From an uncultured cyanobacterium (GTDB taxonomy: Bacteria > Cyanobacteriota > Cyanobacteriia > Cyanobacteriales > Nostocaceae), in assembly GCA_963706595.1 (NCBI GenBank), contig OY970166.1, forward strand, positions 1,984,001-2,048,000: a DNA stretch of 64,000 nt, read 5' to 3'. The notes under the pieces were generated by a model that was not told the DNA's origin, ran no database searches, and worked only from the letters and a program-made list of their open reading frames with translations. The position numbers and the translations under genes were made by a program. Positions 1 through 9,413 of the stretch are shown here, in pieces; the stretch's first letter is position 1, and every line of letters begins with the position of its first letter.

Positions 1-1164
1 GCAAATGCTGGTGCTGCATTACCAATTAATAAAACCGCCGCCGCTTTAGCTTGAATTTTAGTTAACCAGCCAGTATCATCACCGGGTTTAGCTTCACCAC
101 CAGCAATCAAAATTGCGGGACTATTCACAGAGACTAACCCAACTTCAGCCGCATCATAATTAGTGGCTTTGCTATCGTTAATAAAATCAATCCCTTCCCA
201 AGTGCAAATATGTTCTAAACGATGGGGAACACCAGAAAATTTGCGAATTGCAGTATCAATAGCATCAGGCGCAATTTCTGCTAACCGCGCCGCAGCAACA
301 GCCATTAAGAGATTTTGCAGGTTATGTTCTCCTACCATTCGCAAAGCCGAGGCTGAGATGACTCTTTCTGGTTTCAGAGGTTGGTTTTAACTTTTCTACA
401 ACCCAACCATCTTCAATATAAAAGCCTTGTTCACTAACTAAAAAATCTTCACCTTTAACACTTGTCCAATAAGCATCCGGCCAATGACTGATACCCATCT
501 TATTTAAATAGGAGTCATCACCATTCAATACTTGAAAATTGGACTGAAGTAATAACTTAGCTTTGATATTGTAGTAATTTTCTAAAGTCTTATGACGGGC
601 GAGATGGTCTGGTGTAAAAGTCGTCCAAATGCCGATGCGGGGGGCGAGAGTAACTGAAGATTCGACTTGATAACTGCTAATTTCTGCTATTACCCAATCT
701 GGCAGTTTTTCAGATAGCGCAACTTCACAGGCAGCATAACCAATATTACCACAGGCAGGGGCATTTAATCCGGCGGCTTGAAATATTGCGGCAATTAAAG
801 CGGTAGTCGTGGTTTTACCATTCGTGCCAGTAATACCCACCCAAGGGGAAGCTTGTAAATATCGCCAAGCGAGTTCCATTTCGCCGATAGTTTCAATGCC
901 TAATTCTCGCGCCTTGACTAACACGGGAATATCCCAAGGTACGCCAGGACTAACAACAATTAAATCAGATAAATCAGTGCCATTTAAATCAAGAGAATGC
1001 CCCAATTTTACAGTGATTTGCTCGGTAGCGAGTTCTTGTTGTTGTTTCAGGAGGCTAGAGGAGGTGTTACTATCACTTAGCACTACCTCCCAACCTTCCC
1101 GTTTCAACAATCTCGCCGTAGCAACACCGGACTTTCCTAATCCAATTACTGAAGCTCTAGGCAT
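1..1164 (-). CDS. murD: UDP-N-acetylmuramoyl-L-alanine--D-glutamate ligase, apparent frameshift near 372-374; runs off window start
   Basis: GLGKSG and [10 protein letters not shown] motifs in ORF 322..1194 (likely ATG 1164). Removing one A near 372-374 continues the frame as [24 protein letters not shown]...GVPHRLEH...INDSKATN to position 1. Confidence 0.9.
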
Positions 1165-1263
1165 AGACTGTAGCAGAGTTCCCTGGTTAAGCACTCATTA
1201 TATTAACGCTTATTGGCAACAATTACACCAGTTTTTTGTGACATTAGGCTACAAATTTATAAG

Positions 1264-1300
1264 ACCCCACCCCTAACCCCTCCCCGCAAGCGAGGAGGGG
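1264..1300. repeat. Dispersed GC-rich hairpin repeat (CCCCACCCC..CCCTCYCC-N-GGAGRGG family)
   Basis: Related copies at about 1446-1530, 5338-5375, 5428-5468, 19330-19370, 21425-21464, 31452-31492 and 56903-56941, mostly just downstream of genes. Confidence 0.75.
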
Positions 1301-1333
1301 AACTGGATTCACAGTCCAAAAACCTTTTATTTG

Positions 1334-1413
1334 GTAGGGTGCGTTATGGACTTTAGTCCTAACGCACCGAGAATCTCAGATGGTGCGTTGCGCTACGCGA
1401 CAACACACCCTAC
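1334..1413. repeat. REP doublet (REPIN-like), GTAG-initiated
   Basis: GTAGGGTGCGTTA...AACACACCCTAC with two internal hairpins. Near reverse-complement copy at 31341-31420 with a different central spacer. Confidence 0.75.
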
Positions 1414-1535
1414 AAACTACAAATTTTTGACGCTATCACAGAAGACCTCTCTCCAAACCTCTCTCCTACAAGGAGAGAGGCTTTGAATTTTCCCCCTTCC
1501 CTCGTAGGGAAGGGGGCTAGGGGGTTAGGTTTTAA

Positions 1536-3686
1536 CTACAAATTTTTGACAATAGCACCAAAATCAGCCAATACACGGGCATGATTCCGCAGTAATCCTA
1601 GTAGGTGTAGCCGATTGCGTTTAATGTCTGGATTGGGGTCCATGACTAAAACGCTGTCTTCACCATCAAAGAAGTTAGCCACGGTGGGCGCGATTTTTTC
1701 TAGCGCTGCTATCAATAGTTGATAGTTGCGGGTTTGTTTCGCTGCTTGAGTTTGTGGGACTAATTCTACTAGGGCGTTGTAAAATGCTTGTTCAGAAGAC
1801 TTTTGGAAGAGTTCTGGCTGAATTAAACTTGTGGGTTCTAGCTGCTGGAAGTCTAAATCACCTTGGGCGGCTAGTCTGGTGGAACGGTTGACAGTTTCGT
1901 AGATTTTATCTAGAGTACCATCTTTGCGGATTTGTTGCAGATATAAGGCGCGATCGCGCACATCTAGCAAATCCTGTAACGCCCGTTCTGTATATTCTGG
2001 GTCATTCTCTCCCAAAACGGCGTTTACTAGGTCATAGTCAATTTGCTTTTCGTCTTGTAGTAAGGTGCGAATCCGTTGTAAGAAAAACTCTTGCAAAGCT
2101 GTAATTAATTTGTCTTGTTCCTTATTGTATTTCGCAGCAAAATCTGTGGCTATTTGCGTTAATAATTTATTTAAATTAATCGGCAAATTCGCAAACCAAG
2201 TAATATTAACCACCGCATTTGCAGCCCGACGCAACGCAAAGGGGTCTGAGGAACCTGTGGGAATTAAACCCAAGCCAAAGATACTGACTAAAGTATCTAA
2301 TCTATCAGCTAAACCGACAATTTGACCTGTGAGAGTTCCCGGTAAAATATCACCTGCGCCTGTGGGTAAATAATGTTGAACAATGGCACTGGCGACTTCT
2401 GCATCTTCCCCACTGGCTAAAGCATATTTTTCGCCCATAATGCCTTGCAATTCTGGGAATTCATACACCATTTGCGAAACCAAATCAGCTTTACATAATA
2501 AAGCCGCCCGTTCGGTTTTTTCGCGTTTGTTTGACTCTAATTCTAATTGTCGGCTAATGTAATCTGCAATGGTGACTATTCTATCTACTTTGTCACGAAC
2601 TGAACCTAATTCTTCTTGGAAGGTGACTGTTTCTAACTGCGGTAAATAGCTGACTAAAGGTTTCGCTAAATCAGCTTTATAGAAGAATTTACCATCAGCT
2701 AATCTGGCACGAATTACCCTTTCATTACCCACAGCAATAATATCTGCTTTGCTGGGATCGCCGTTAGAAACTGTGATAAAATTAGGTAATAACTCTTTAG
2801 TTTCAGCCGCTTTAAATACCGGAAAATAACGCTGGTGTGTCACCATCACTTCTGTAATTACCTCAGTCGGTAACTCTAAAAATTCCGGTTCAAATTTACC
2901 GACAACAGCAGAAGGATATTCTACAAGATTGGTAACTTCCTCTAACAAATCGGGGTAAAATATTGTCGAACCGCCGGCTTTCTCGGCTGCTGCTTGGACT
3001 GCGGTTTGAATAATATTTGCCCGTTCTTCAGGGTCAACGATGACAGCCGCATCGCGTAAAGTCTTGACATAATCTGTTGCTTCAGGAATAGTCACAGTTG
3101 CGGGATGTAAAACACGATGACCGTAGGTAATGCGATCGCTTGTAATTGTCTCAGATCCATTCACCAATTCAATGGGCAGAATTGTATCATCTAACAAAGC
3201 CACCAGCCAGCGAATGGGGCGAGAAAACTTCATCTCCCCATTACCCCAGCGCATTAACCGCTTCCCTTCCAAACCCGAAATCCACTCAGGAATTAGTTCT
3301 GTGAGAATTTCCGCCACAGGACGACCGGGAATACTTTTCTTGACAAAGACAAAATCCCCCTTCTCCGTGGGGCGAATTTCCAAAGCAGCGATATCCACAT
3401 CTTGCTTTTTGGCAAACCCTGTAGCGGCTTTCGTGGGCTGACCATCCTTAAAAGCAGCTTGGGCGGGAGGTCCCTTAATTTCCTCTTCCCGGTCTGGTTG
3501 CTGGGACGGTAGACCTGTGATGAGAACCGCCAACCGCCGGGGAGTACCGTAAACCTCCACAGCAGCACTGCTGAGACTATTGGCTGCTAAACTTTGGGGA
3601 ATGCGCGATCGCCATTGTAATATGGCATTACTGAGAAAACTTGCGGGTAGTTCTTCTGTACCAACTTCTAATAAAAATGCATTCAT
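1536..3686 (-). CDS. glyS: Glycine--tRNA ligase beta subunit
   Basis: [27 protein letters not shown] and NRLHLL motifs; likely ATG at 3686. Confidence 0.95.
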   Translation of the reverse strand: MNAFLLEVGTEELPASFLSNAILQWRSRIPQSLAANSLSSAAVEVYGTPRRLAVLITGLPSQQPDREEEIKGPPAQAAFKDGQPTKAATGFAKKQDVDIAALEIRPTEKGDFVFVKKSIPGRPVAEILTELIPEWISGLEGKRLMRWGNGEMKFSRPIRWLVALLDDTILPIELVNGSETITSDRITYGHRVLHPATVTIPEATDYVKTLRDAAVIVDPEERANIIQTAVQAAAEKAGGSTIFYPDLLEEVTNLVEYPSAVVGKFEPEFLELPTEVITEVMVTHQRYFPVFKAAETKELLPNFITVSNGDPSKADIIAVGNERVIRARLADGKFFYKADLAKPLVSYLPQLETVTFQEELGSVRDKVDRIVTIADYISRQLELESNKREKTERAALLCKADLVSQMVYEFPELQGIMGEKYALASGEDAEVASAIVQHYLPTGAGDILPGTLTGQIVGLADRLDTLVSIFGLGLIPTGSSDPFALRRAANAVVNITWFANLPINLNKLLTQIATDFAAKYNKEQDKLITALQEFFLQRIRTLLQDEKQIDYDLVNAVLGENDPEYTERALQDLLDVRDRALYLQQIRKDGTLDKIYETVNRSTRLAAQGDLDFQQLEPTSLIQPELFQKSSEQAFYNALVELVPQTQAAKQTRNYQLLIAALEKIAPTVANFFDGEDSVLVMDPNPDIKRNRLHLLGLLRNHARVLADFGAIVKNL

Positions 3687-4060
3687 AGGACAATGTTTTA
3701 ACTTGGCGTTCCCACAGTTTACTAACATTTGGCACGAGGCGGGAGACATCCTCACCCAAATTCAGCCACTATCGCCAGCTATTTGACACGTTTTTAACTG
3801 GTGGCATTCTGTATCAACTCAGCCTAAAAGCTAAAAAACAGCTAAGTATCAAAATAATGAGTTTTACTTATATACAATTATTTAGTATATATAACTGATA
3901 TAATAAAAGCTTACGATTTAATAAATTATCTATTATTGCTGAATAGAAAACTTGAAGATTCTTGATTTGGAAAACAAATTTATTTGTAAAAGAATCTTTT
4001 TTGAAAAAGAGTTTCCTGGCGTTGTAGCTACTTTATTTATCACCACATTGGAGAGTCATT

Positions 4061-4165
4061 ATGTCTAAAGAAAAAAAGAGCAATAAAGAAGTTAAAAAAC
4101 CCAAAAAAGATGCTGACAAAAAAAAGGACAAAAAAAATACCAATATATCTAACAATCCTGGCTGA
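4061..4165 (+). CDS. Small lysine-rich protein, 34 aa (MSKEKKSNKEVKKPKKDADKKKDKKNTNISNNPG)
   Basis: ATG 4061 preceded by GGAGAG SD-like sequence; TGA 4163-4165; too short for the ORF track. Confidence 0.55.
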   Translation: MSKEKKSNKEVKKPKKDADKKKDKKNTNISNNPG

Positions 4166-4207
4166 TTAGCTCTTTACCCAGAGACTCAGATTCCCGATTT
4201 GTTGAAA

Positions 4208-4348
4208 GATACATTTGGTGAATAGAGGTAAATTCCCTCATCCTAACGATAAAAAAAGGTTTTGCGTAGGCTTGCATTATGAAGATTGCGCCGTGAACCC
4301 TATAAAATCGTTGGTGTGAGGGTTATTTTATGAATGAACAGATGCATC
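4208..4348. mobile_element. MITE-like element with imperfect terminal inverted repeats, inserted in a palindromic repeat
   Basis: Left GATACATTTG..CCCTCATCCTAACGAT pairs imperfectly with right ATCGTTGGTGTGAGGG..CAGATGCATC. Flanks TCCCGATTTGTTG / CAAAGAAGTCGGAGA are two halves of one palindrome. Confidence 0.45.
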
Positions 4349-4449
4349 CTCAAAGAAGTCGGAGATTTCTTTGTTCACTAATGATTTAAAGAACAGCCAA
4401 ATGAAGTACATCATAGCGCTCTTTTATGACTCTGATGAAAGAAAAAAGA

Positions 4450-4551
4450 GTAGGTTGGGTTGAAGCCTTGTGAAACCCAACGAAACCAAGGATTGTAGGT
4501 GTTGGGTTACGCCTTCGGCAAACTACGTTAACGTTCCTCTACCCAACCTAC
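4450..4551. repeat. REP doublet (REPIN-like), GTAGGTTGGGT...ACCCAACCTAC class
   Basis: Perfect 11-bp terminal inverted repeat with internal hairpins. Confidence 0.65.
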
Positions 4552-4810
4552 GTTTAAATTGATCAAAGTGATAAAAAATAAGGGTTCATGATTTTTATAT
4601 GACGAGAATAATAAAAGAGCGATAGTCCCCTCCTCGCTTGCGCTACCGTGTACACACAAGTCTTAAAGCTCCACCTAATGTTGCGTTTCGTCGTCTGTAT
4701 CTGGGCTGTTGGCTTGCTACAAGAAGCCGTCATTGCGTATCGCTAAGGCGAAAGCTCCGCTAACGCGTAGCGTCTCGCAGAGAGGAGGAACGACGACGCA
4801 ATCGCATAGT

Positions 4811-5249
4811 CCCGTATATAAATTGCAGCCCTTAGAAAAACCACAAATAGAAGAGTTCTTAATTTCCCGTCAACCGCAACTACCCCAAGATGCCAAAGTT
4901 CAAGGCGAAGATTACAAAACAGCTTGTATTGATTACCTGAAATCAGCCCTCAATCCTCAGCCGTCAATGGAAGGAAAAAGAAGAAGCGAAGCAAGAATGG
5001 TACTTCCGCCACGATAAAATTATGGATTTCTTCTTGGTGCAGAACTTTATGGGTGACAATGATGCCGCAGAAAGATTATTAGTTGATAGAATGAGTGACC
5101 CCCGATTTCGTGGGGTTTATTTTTTATTAGCGACTTTATTACCCTTAGATGCAGCCAAGGAACTGCGAGAAGCGTTGATTCAATATGCTGCTGATACTAA
5201 GGATAATACGGTAAGTAATACGTTTGTGCAGTTATTACGGTCTAGGTGA
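4811..5249 (+). pseudogene. C-terminal remnant of a large (probably HEAT-repeat/NTPase-type) protein with an internal frame break
   Basis: VYKLQPLEKPQIEEFL...ALNPQ in one frame, then RQWKEKEEAKQEWYFRHDKIMDFFLVQ...LLRSR* in another. The 5' side is a pile of nested repeats (4620-4810). Confidence 0.5.
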
Positions 5250-5975
5250 GATAATATTGAAAAAGCTGTTATGGATAGAAATTAAACATCTCATTTTTTG
5301 TGTAGCTGGCGTGGCGACTTAGGCATAAACCCTATGAAACCTCACCCCAGCCCTCTCCTTAGCAAGGAGAGGGAGCAGGGAAATTGATGAAAGATTGTTC
5401 TCACCCTACATTTACTAACATCCAATACTCCCCTCTCCTTAGTAAGGAGAGGGGTTGGGGGTGAGGTTCTTTATTTAATTAAATAACCACAATCAAAAAT
5501 GCGTGGTTAAATTGCTCAAACCTAACCAACACAAACAAAACTTGAATAAAGTCGATTTCCGAGAAAAGCTAATATTCGGCGAAGTTTTACAATACCAATT
5601 TTATGTGAGGCTGCATATTATTTTTACCCCACCCCTTACCCCTACCCTGTTACTACAACTCAAGGAGACACCTCTTGCACCAGCTGCACCCCGCCGGAAA
5701 TATCTGATCTGTGTCAAAACCACTGCTGGATCAGTACGTGGTGGGAGAGTGACAACAACATCTTTTTGTGAGCATTGTTTACTTACTCTATCCAGAATAC
5801 ACAGCACAGGATACCCATTCACGTTTCTTCTTGATGTGAGATAGGGGATCATTTTGTTATCAATGAAATATTGCAAGATATATGTTGGTAGAGACCGCAA
5901 TATTACTATTATATGGAGTATCAAATACAATGACTTTGCCAATAGACATCTGCAAATAGGAATCTCGTTACTACT

Positions 5976-6713
5976 ATGTACAGTCACATATCAGGTAAAT
6001 TTACTGCTTTTGGGATCATGCCTTGGTTCTTGGGAAGCTGTTTGGTGCTGATTCCCCAAAGTAGTCCAGCACAAATACGGGTCAATAACACAGTGGTTCA
6101 GAGTTTACCGCCAGTACCTAATGTTCCATCAATGTCAGGAGTGGAATTTCAGTATCAGCAAAATTTTCAGCCCTACCAACCAGAACAGGTTAATCAATAT
6201 AGCCAAAATTTTCAGCGTTACTTAGTATATATTGAGAGTAGTAATTCCCAGACTTTGCAGCAAGTACGCCGGATTGATCCGGAAGCTTATATTCGGCAGT
6301 ACCAAGGACGTTCTGTGATTCAGTCAGGAATTTTTAGTCAACTAATTAATGCAGAAAATCGGGTCAGAGAATTACAGTCATACGGCATCAGCAATACCCG
6401 AATCGTCAACTTTAGTGATGGACAAGAAACTGGTTTTGTAACTCCTGGACAGCAACCAATGTCAACTCTCCCCAATCGGAGAAAAGAGTCTAGCTATTAT
6501 GCTGTGATTCCTGCCGAGGCGAGAGAATTACCTGCAATTGCAAATAATATTAGGCAACGTAGTGGACAGTATGGTGTCGTACTGGTAAGGCAAGAACCAC
6601 TAGGGTCACACGTCGCTGTCGGTCCTTTTACGAGCAGGACAGATGCAGAGGTATGGAATAAATATCTGCGAGAATTAGGATATGGTAACTCCAGAGTTTA
6701 CTACGGTAGGTGA
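5976..6713 (+). CDS. Hypothetical secreted protein with SPOR-like repeats
   Basis: Signal-like N-terminus; IQSGIFS...AENRVREL and VAVGPFTSRTDAE segments resemble SPOR domains. Confidence 0.6.
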   Translation: MYSHISGKFTAFGIMPWFLGSCLVLIPQSSPAQIRVNNTVVQSLPPVPNVPSMSGVEFQYQQNFQPYQPEQVNQYSQNFQRYLVYIESSNSQTLQQVRRIDPEAYIRQYQGRSVIQSGIFSQLINAENRVRELQSYGISNTRIVNFSDGQETGFVTPGQQPMSTLPNRRKESSYYAVIPAEARELPAIANNIRQRSGQYGVVLVRQEPLGSHVAVGPFTSRTDAEVWNKYLRELGYGNSRVYYGR

Positions 6714-6746
6714 ATTATCGCAGTTTTTGGGTACATCAAACATATC

Positions 6747-6936
6747 TAGAAGTTACGCATTGACAATTAACATTAAATATGCATTATCAAAAGCCATATC
6801 TTTTGTAGGGGTTTAGCAATGCTAAACCCCTACAATCCTGGTTTATTTACAATCAAAATCATCGTGGATAAAAGTCTGAAACGACGTATTCTATTGAAAG
6901 CATACCCTGATTAATTTGTAAAGTGCGTAAGTTCTA
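6747..6936. mobile_element. MITE with TAGAAGTTACGCA / TGCGTAAGTTCTA terminal inverted repeats
   Basis: About 20-bp imperfect TIR with TA ends; carries the palindrome GTAGGGGTTTAGCAATGCTAAACCCCTAC. Confidence 0.7.
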
Positions 6937-7116
6937 ATATCTTTTTTTCTCACGCATCAGCGTTCGCGCAGCGTGCCGGAGGCTCTAGCCAAGTAAAAAG
7001 TACGTTAGGCGCAAAGACGCAAAGGAAGAAATTCTCAAAATTGCGATAAGTACTGATGGCTGAGTTAAAAGTTAAGAATGAGGAATTCAAGACTCGAAGC
7101 TGAGGACTCAGGACTA

Positions 7117-8694
7117 ATGCAAGATAGACAAGCACAAGTTTCACAAGTTGTAGTCACTGCTGGGCAAATGCGGGATATTGAAGGGCGCATCTTTGCTGCC
7201 GGAATGCCTGTTGCGGCTTTAATGGAAAAGGTGGCGGGATTAATTGCCCTTCGTGTTCAGCAAGCGGAAGGATCTCGTGTGGGGATTTTAGTCGGTCCTG
7301 GTCATAATGGTGGTGATGCTTTGGTTGTAGCCCGTGAATTACACTTTCGCGGGTATGCAGTTTGGTTATATTCTCCTTTTTCTAAATTAAAGGAGTTAAC
7401 TTCGCAGCATTTGCAATATGCTCAGAGTTTAGGTATTCCCTGTTATCAAGCATTTGAGCAATTGCCTGATTGTGATTTTTTGATTGATGGGTTGTTTGGT
7501 TTTGGTTTAGAAAGACCAATTACTGATGCGTTAGCGGAGCTTACCGAAGGTATCGCTTTGGCAATTAATCAGCTAAATCAATGGCGTAAGCCGATTTTGA
7601 GTATTGATATTCCTTCAGGTATTCACACTGATACAGGTGAAGTATTAGGCACTGCTATTCGGGCGACTCACACATTTTGCCTCGGTTTATGGAAGCTGGC
7701 TTTTTTCCAAGACCAAGCTTTAGAATATATCGGCAAAGCGGAATTAATTGATTTTGATATTCCTGTGGCTGATGTGGAAGCTGTTTTAGGAGATGCACCC
7801 AGAATTAAACGCATTACCCCAGGAACAGTAAAATTAACTTTACCTTTACCTCGTCCACCAGTGACGCACAAATATAAAGAAGGTCATTTACTGCTGATTT
7901 GTGGTTCCCGTCGCTATGCAGGGGGAGCAATTTTAACGGCTTTGGGGGCGCGTGCTAGTGGTGTTGGTATGCTCTCAATTGCTGTGCCAGAATCTTTGAA
8001 ACCGCTTTTAGTATCACATTTACCCGAAGCTTTAATTATAGGTTGTCCAGAAACGGAAACTGGAGCGATCGCACATCTGCAATTACCAGACAAAACTGAT
8101 TTGAGTTCCTTTAGTGCGATCGCCTGTGGACCCGGTTTAACATTAGATGCTACCCCCATTGTCCAAGAGGTAATTTCGAGCGAAGTTTCCTTAGTCCTCG
8201 ATGCTGATGGCTTGAATATCTTGGCATACATGGGAACCATCCCCACATTACAAAAACGCCAAGCGCCAACGGTTCTCACACCCCACACAGGTGAATTTCA
8301 GCGCTTGTTCCCCGATCTTGCCGACCCCAAGCACGACAGGGTAAAAGCAGTGAAAGACGCGGCTGTGCAGAGTGGGGCTGTAGTCTTATTAAAAGGAGCA
8401 AGAACTGCGATCGCTAACTCCCAAGGTGCAATTTGGATTAATCCTGAAAGTACCCCAGCTTTAGCCCGTGGTGGTAGTGGCGACGTATTGACAGGATTAA
8501 TCGGCGGCTTATTGGCACAAGCAGCCACTAAGGAAATTCCTGTAGAAGATATTGTAGCAACTGCGGCTTGGTGGCATTCTCAAGCTGGGATTTTAGCCGC
8601 CCAAGAACGCACAGAACTAGGTGTAGATGCCTTTACTTTGACACAATATCTGATGAAAGTGATCAATCAATTACCTACGCTGGGTTGGGGTTAA
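7117..8694 (+). CDS. nnr: Bifunctional NAD(P)H-hydrate epimerase/dehydratase (YjeF)
   Basis: GPGHNGGD, DGLFGFG, SIDIPSG, LTPHTGEF and GGSGDVLTG motifs. Confidence 0.92.
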   Translation: MQDRQAQVSQVVVTAGQMRDIEGRIFAAGMPVAALMEKVAGLIALRVQQAEGSRVGILVGPGHNGGDALVVARELHFRGYAVWLYSPFSKLKELTSQHLQYAQSLGIPCYQAFEQLPDCDFLIDGLFGFGLERPITDALAELTEGIALAINQLNQWRKPILSIDIPSGIHTDTGEVLGTAIRATHTFCLGLWKLAFFQDQALEYIGKAELIDFDIPVADVEAVLGDAPRIKRITPGTVKLTLPLPRPPVTHKYKEGHLLLICGSRRYAGGAILTALGARASGVGMLSIAVPESLKPLLVSHLPEALIIGCPETETGAIAHLQLPDKTDLSSFSAIACGPGLTLDATPIVQEVISSEVSLVLDADGLNILAYMGTIPTLQKRQAPTVLTPHTGEFQRLFPDLADPKHDRVKAVKDAAVQSGAVVLLKGARTAIANSQGAIWINPESTPALARGGSGDVLTGLIGGLLAQAATKEIPVEDIVATAAWWHSQAGILAAQERTELGVDAFTLTQYLMKVINQLPTLGWG

Positions 8695-8830
8695 GTTCCC
8701 TGGAAAAAACCGTAACGCTTTCGTTTTATTCCCATTAGGTGAAAATTTTGGTAAAAATGCGGTAATTTCTGAGGCTGAACCTTCAATCTTCCTGCAAGCT
8801 GGAGTTAGTTAGCATCTACTCTCAACTCCT

Positions 8831-9136
8831 ATGCAAATTGTCATCTTATCTATCTGGTTAGGATTAATGTTCGCAGCCGTTGGATTGGCTGTTTGGGTGA
8901 TTCAAAATTCCCAACCGAAACGCGCTAGTCAAACATCCGCCAGGAAAAATAATCGTCCCGTACACCTACCCATCAAAACCAATTCTAGACAATGGAAAGA
9001 ACTCTTATCCTTGTTACATGGTGATACTGATGCAGCATACAGATTAGTCAATGCGGAAATGAGGCGTAATCCCACCAGAACCGCCCAATGGTGCATTGAT
9101 AAAGCACTCTGGCAATTGAAGAGAGATAGAATGTAA
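8831..9136 (+). CDS. Hypothetical membrane-anchored protein
   Basis: 101-aa ORF with N-terminal hydrophobic helix. Confidence 0.65.
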   Translation: MQIVILSIWLGLMFAAVGLAVWVIQNSQPKRASQTSARKNNRPVHLPIKTNSRQWKELLSLLHGDTDAAYRLVNAEMRRNPTRTAQWCIDKALWQLKRDRM

Positions 9137-9186
9137 GTCTGTCTGAGAATCGCCTCAGTAGAAGCTACAGCTACTCTAGACGTAGT

Positions 9187-9360
9187 ATGTCCCAAGAGAA
9201 AGTAATTGAGTATTTAAATGAACGTACTGAGGGATTACCTGTAATAACATTTAATGCTTTTAAAAGCAGGATAGCTAATGCTGTAACTGACATTTATTTT
9301 GGTAAGACATTAAAGGCAGCTACAAGACACTTTTTACAGATAAGTATTAATGCCAAGTAA
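9187..9360 (+). CDS. Short ORF or gene fragment (57 aa, MSQEKVIEYLNERTEG...) at island edge
   Basis: Open frame ATG 9187 to TAA 9360 in AT-rich DNA; no recognisable family. Confidence 0.3.
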   Translation: MSQEKVIEYLNERTEGLPVITFNAFKSRIANAVTDIYFGKTLKAATRHFLQISINAK

Positions 9361-9413
9361 GGGTTTTAAGTTGAATTACAGACATATTTAACGTCATAAG
9401 TAATGAAGAGGTA

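Noticed and set aside
163..3786. Plus-strand and alternate-frame ORFs over murD and glyS, and similar shadow ORFs throughout the window
   Set aside because: They overlap well-supported genes and show no recognisable motifs.
4709..4810. N-terminus of ORF 4709..5017
   Set aside because: It is translated repeat DNA; only the part from about 4811 looks like real coding remnant.
5503..5987. Overlapping ORFs 5503..5844 (+) and 5601..5987 (-), or an ncRNA in this gap
   Set aside because: No protein motifs or SD; only a short CTGATC/GATCAG inverted repeat, not enough to support an RNA gene.
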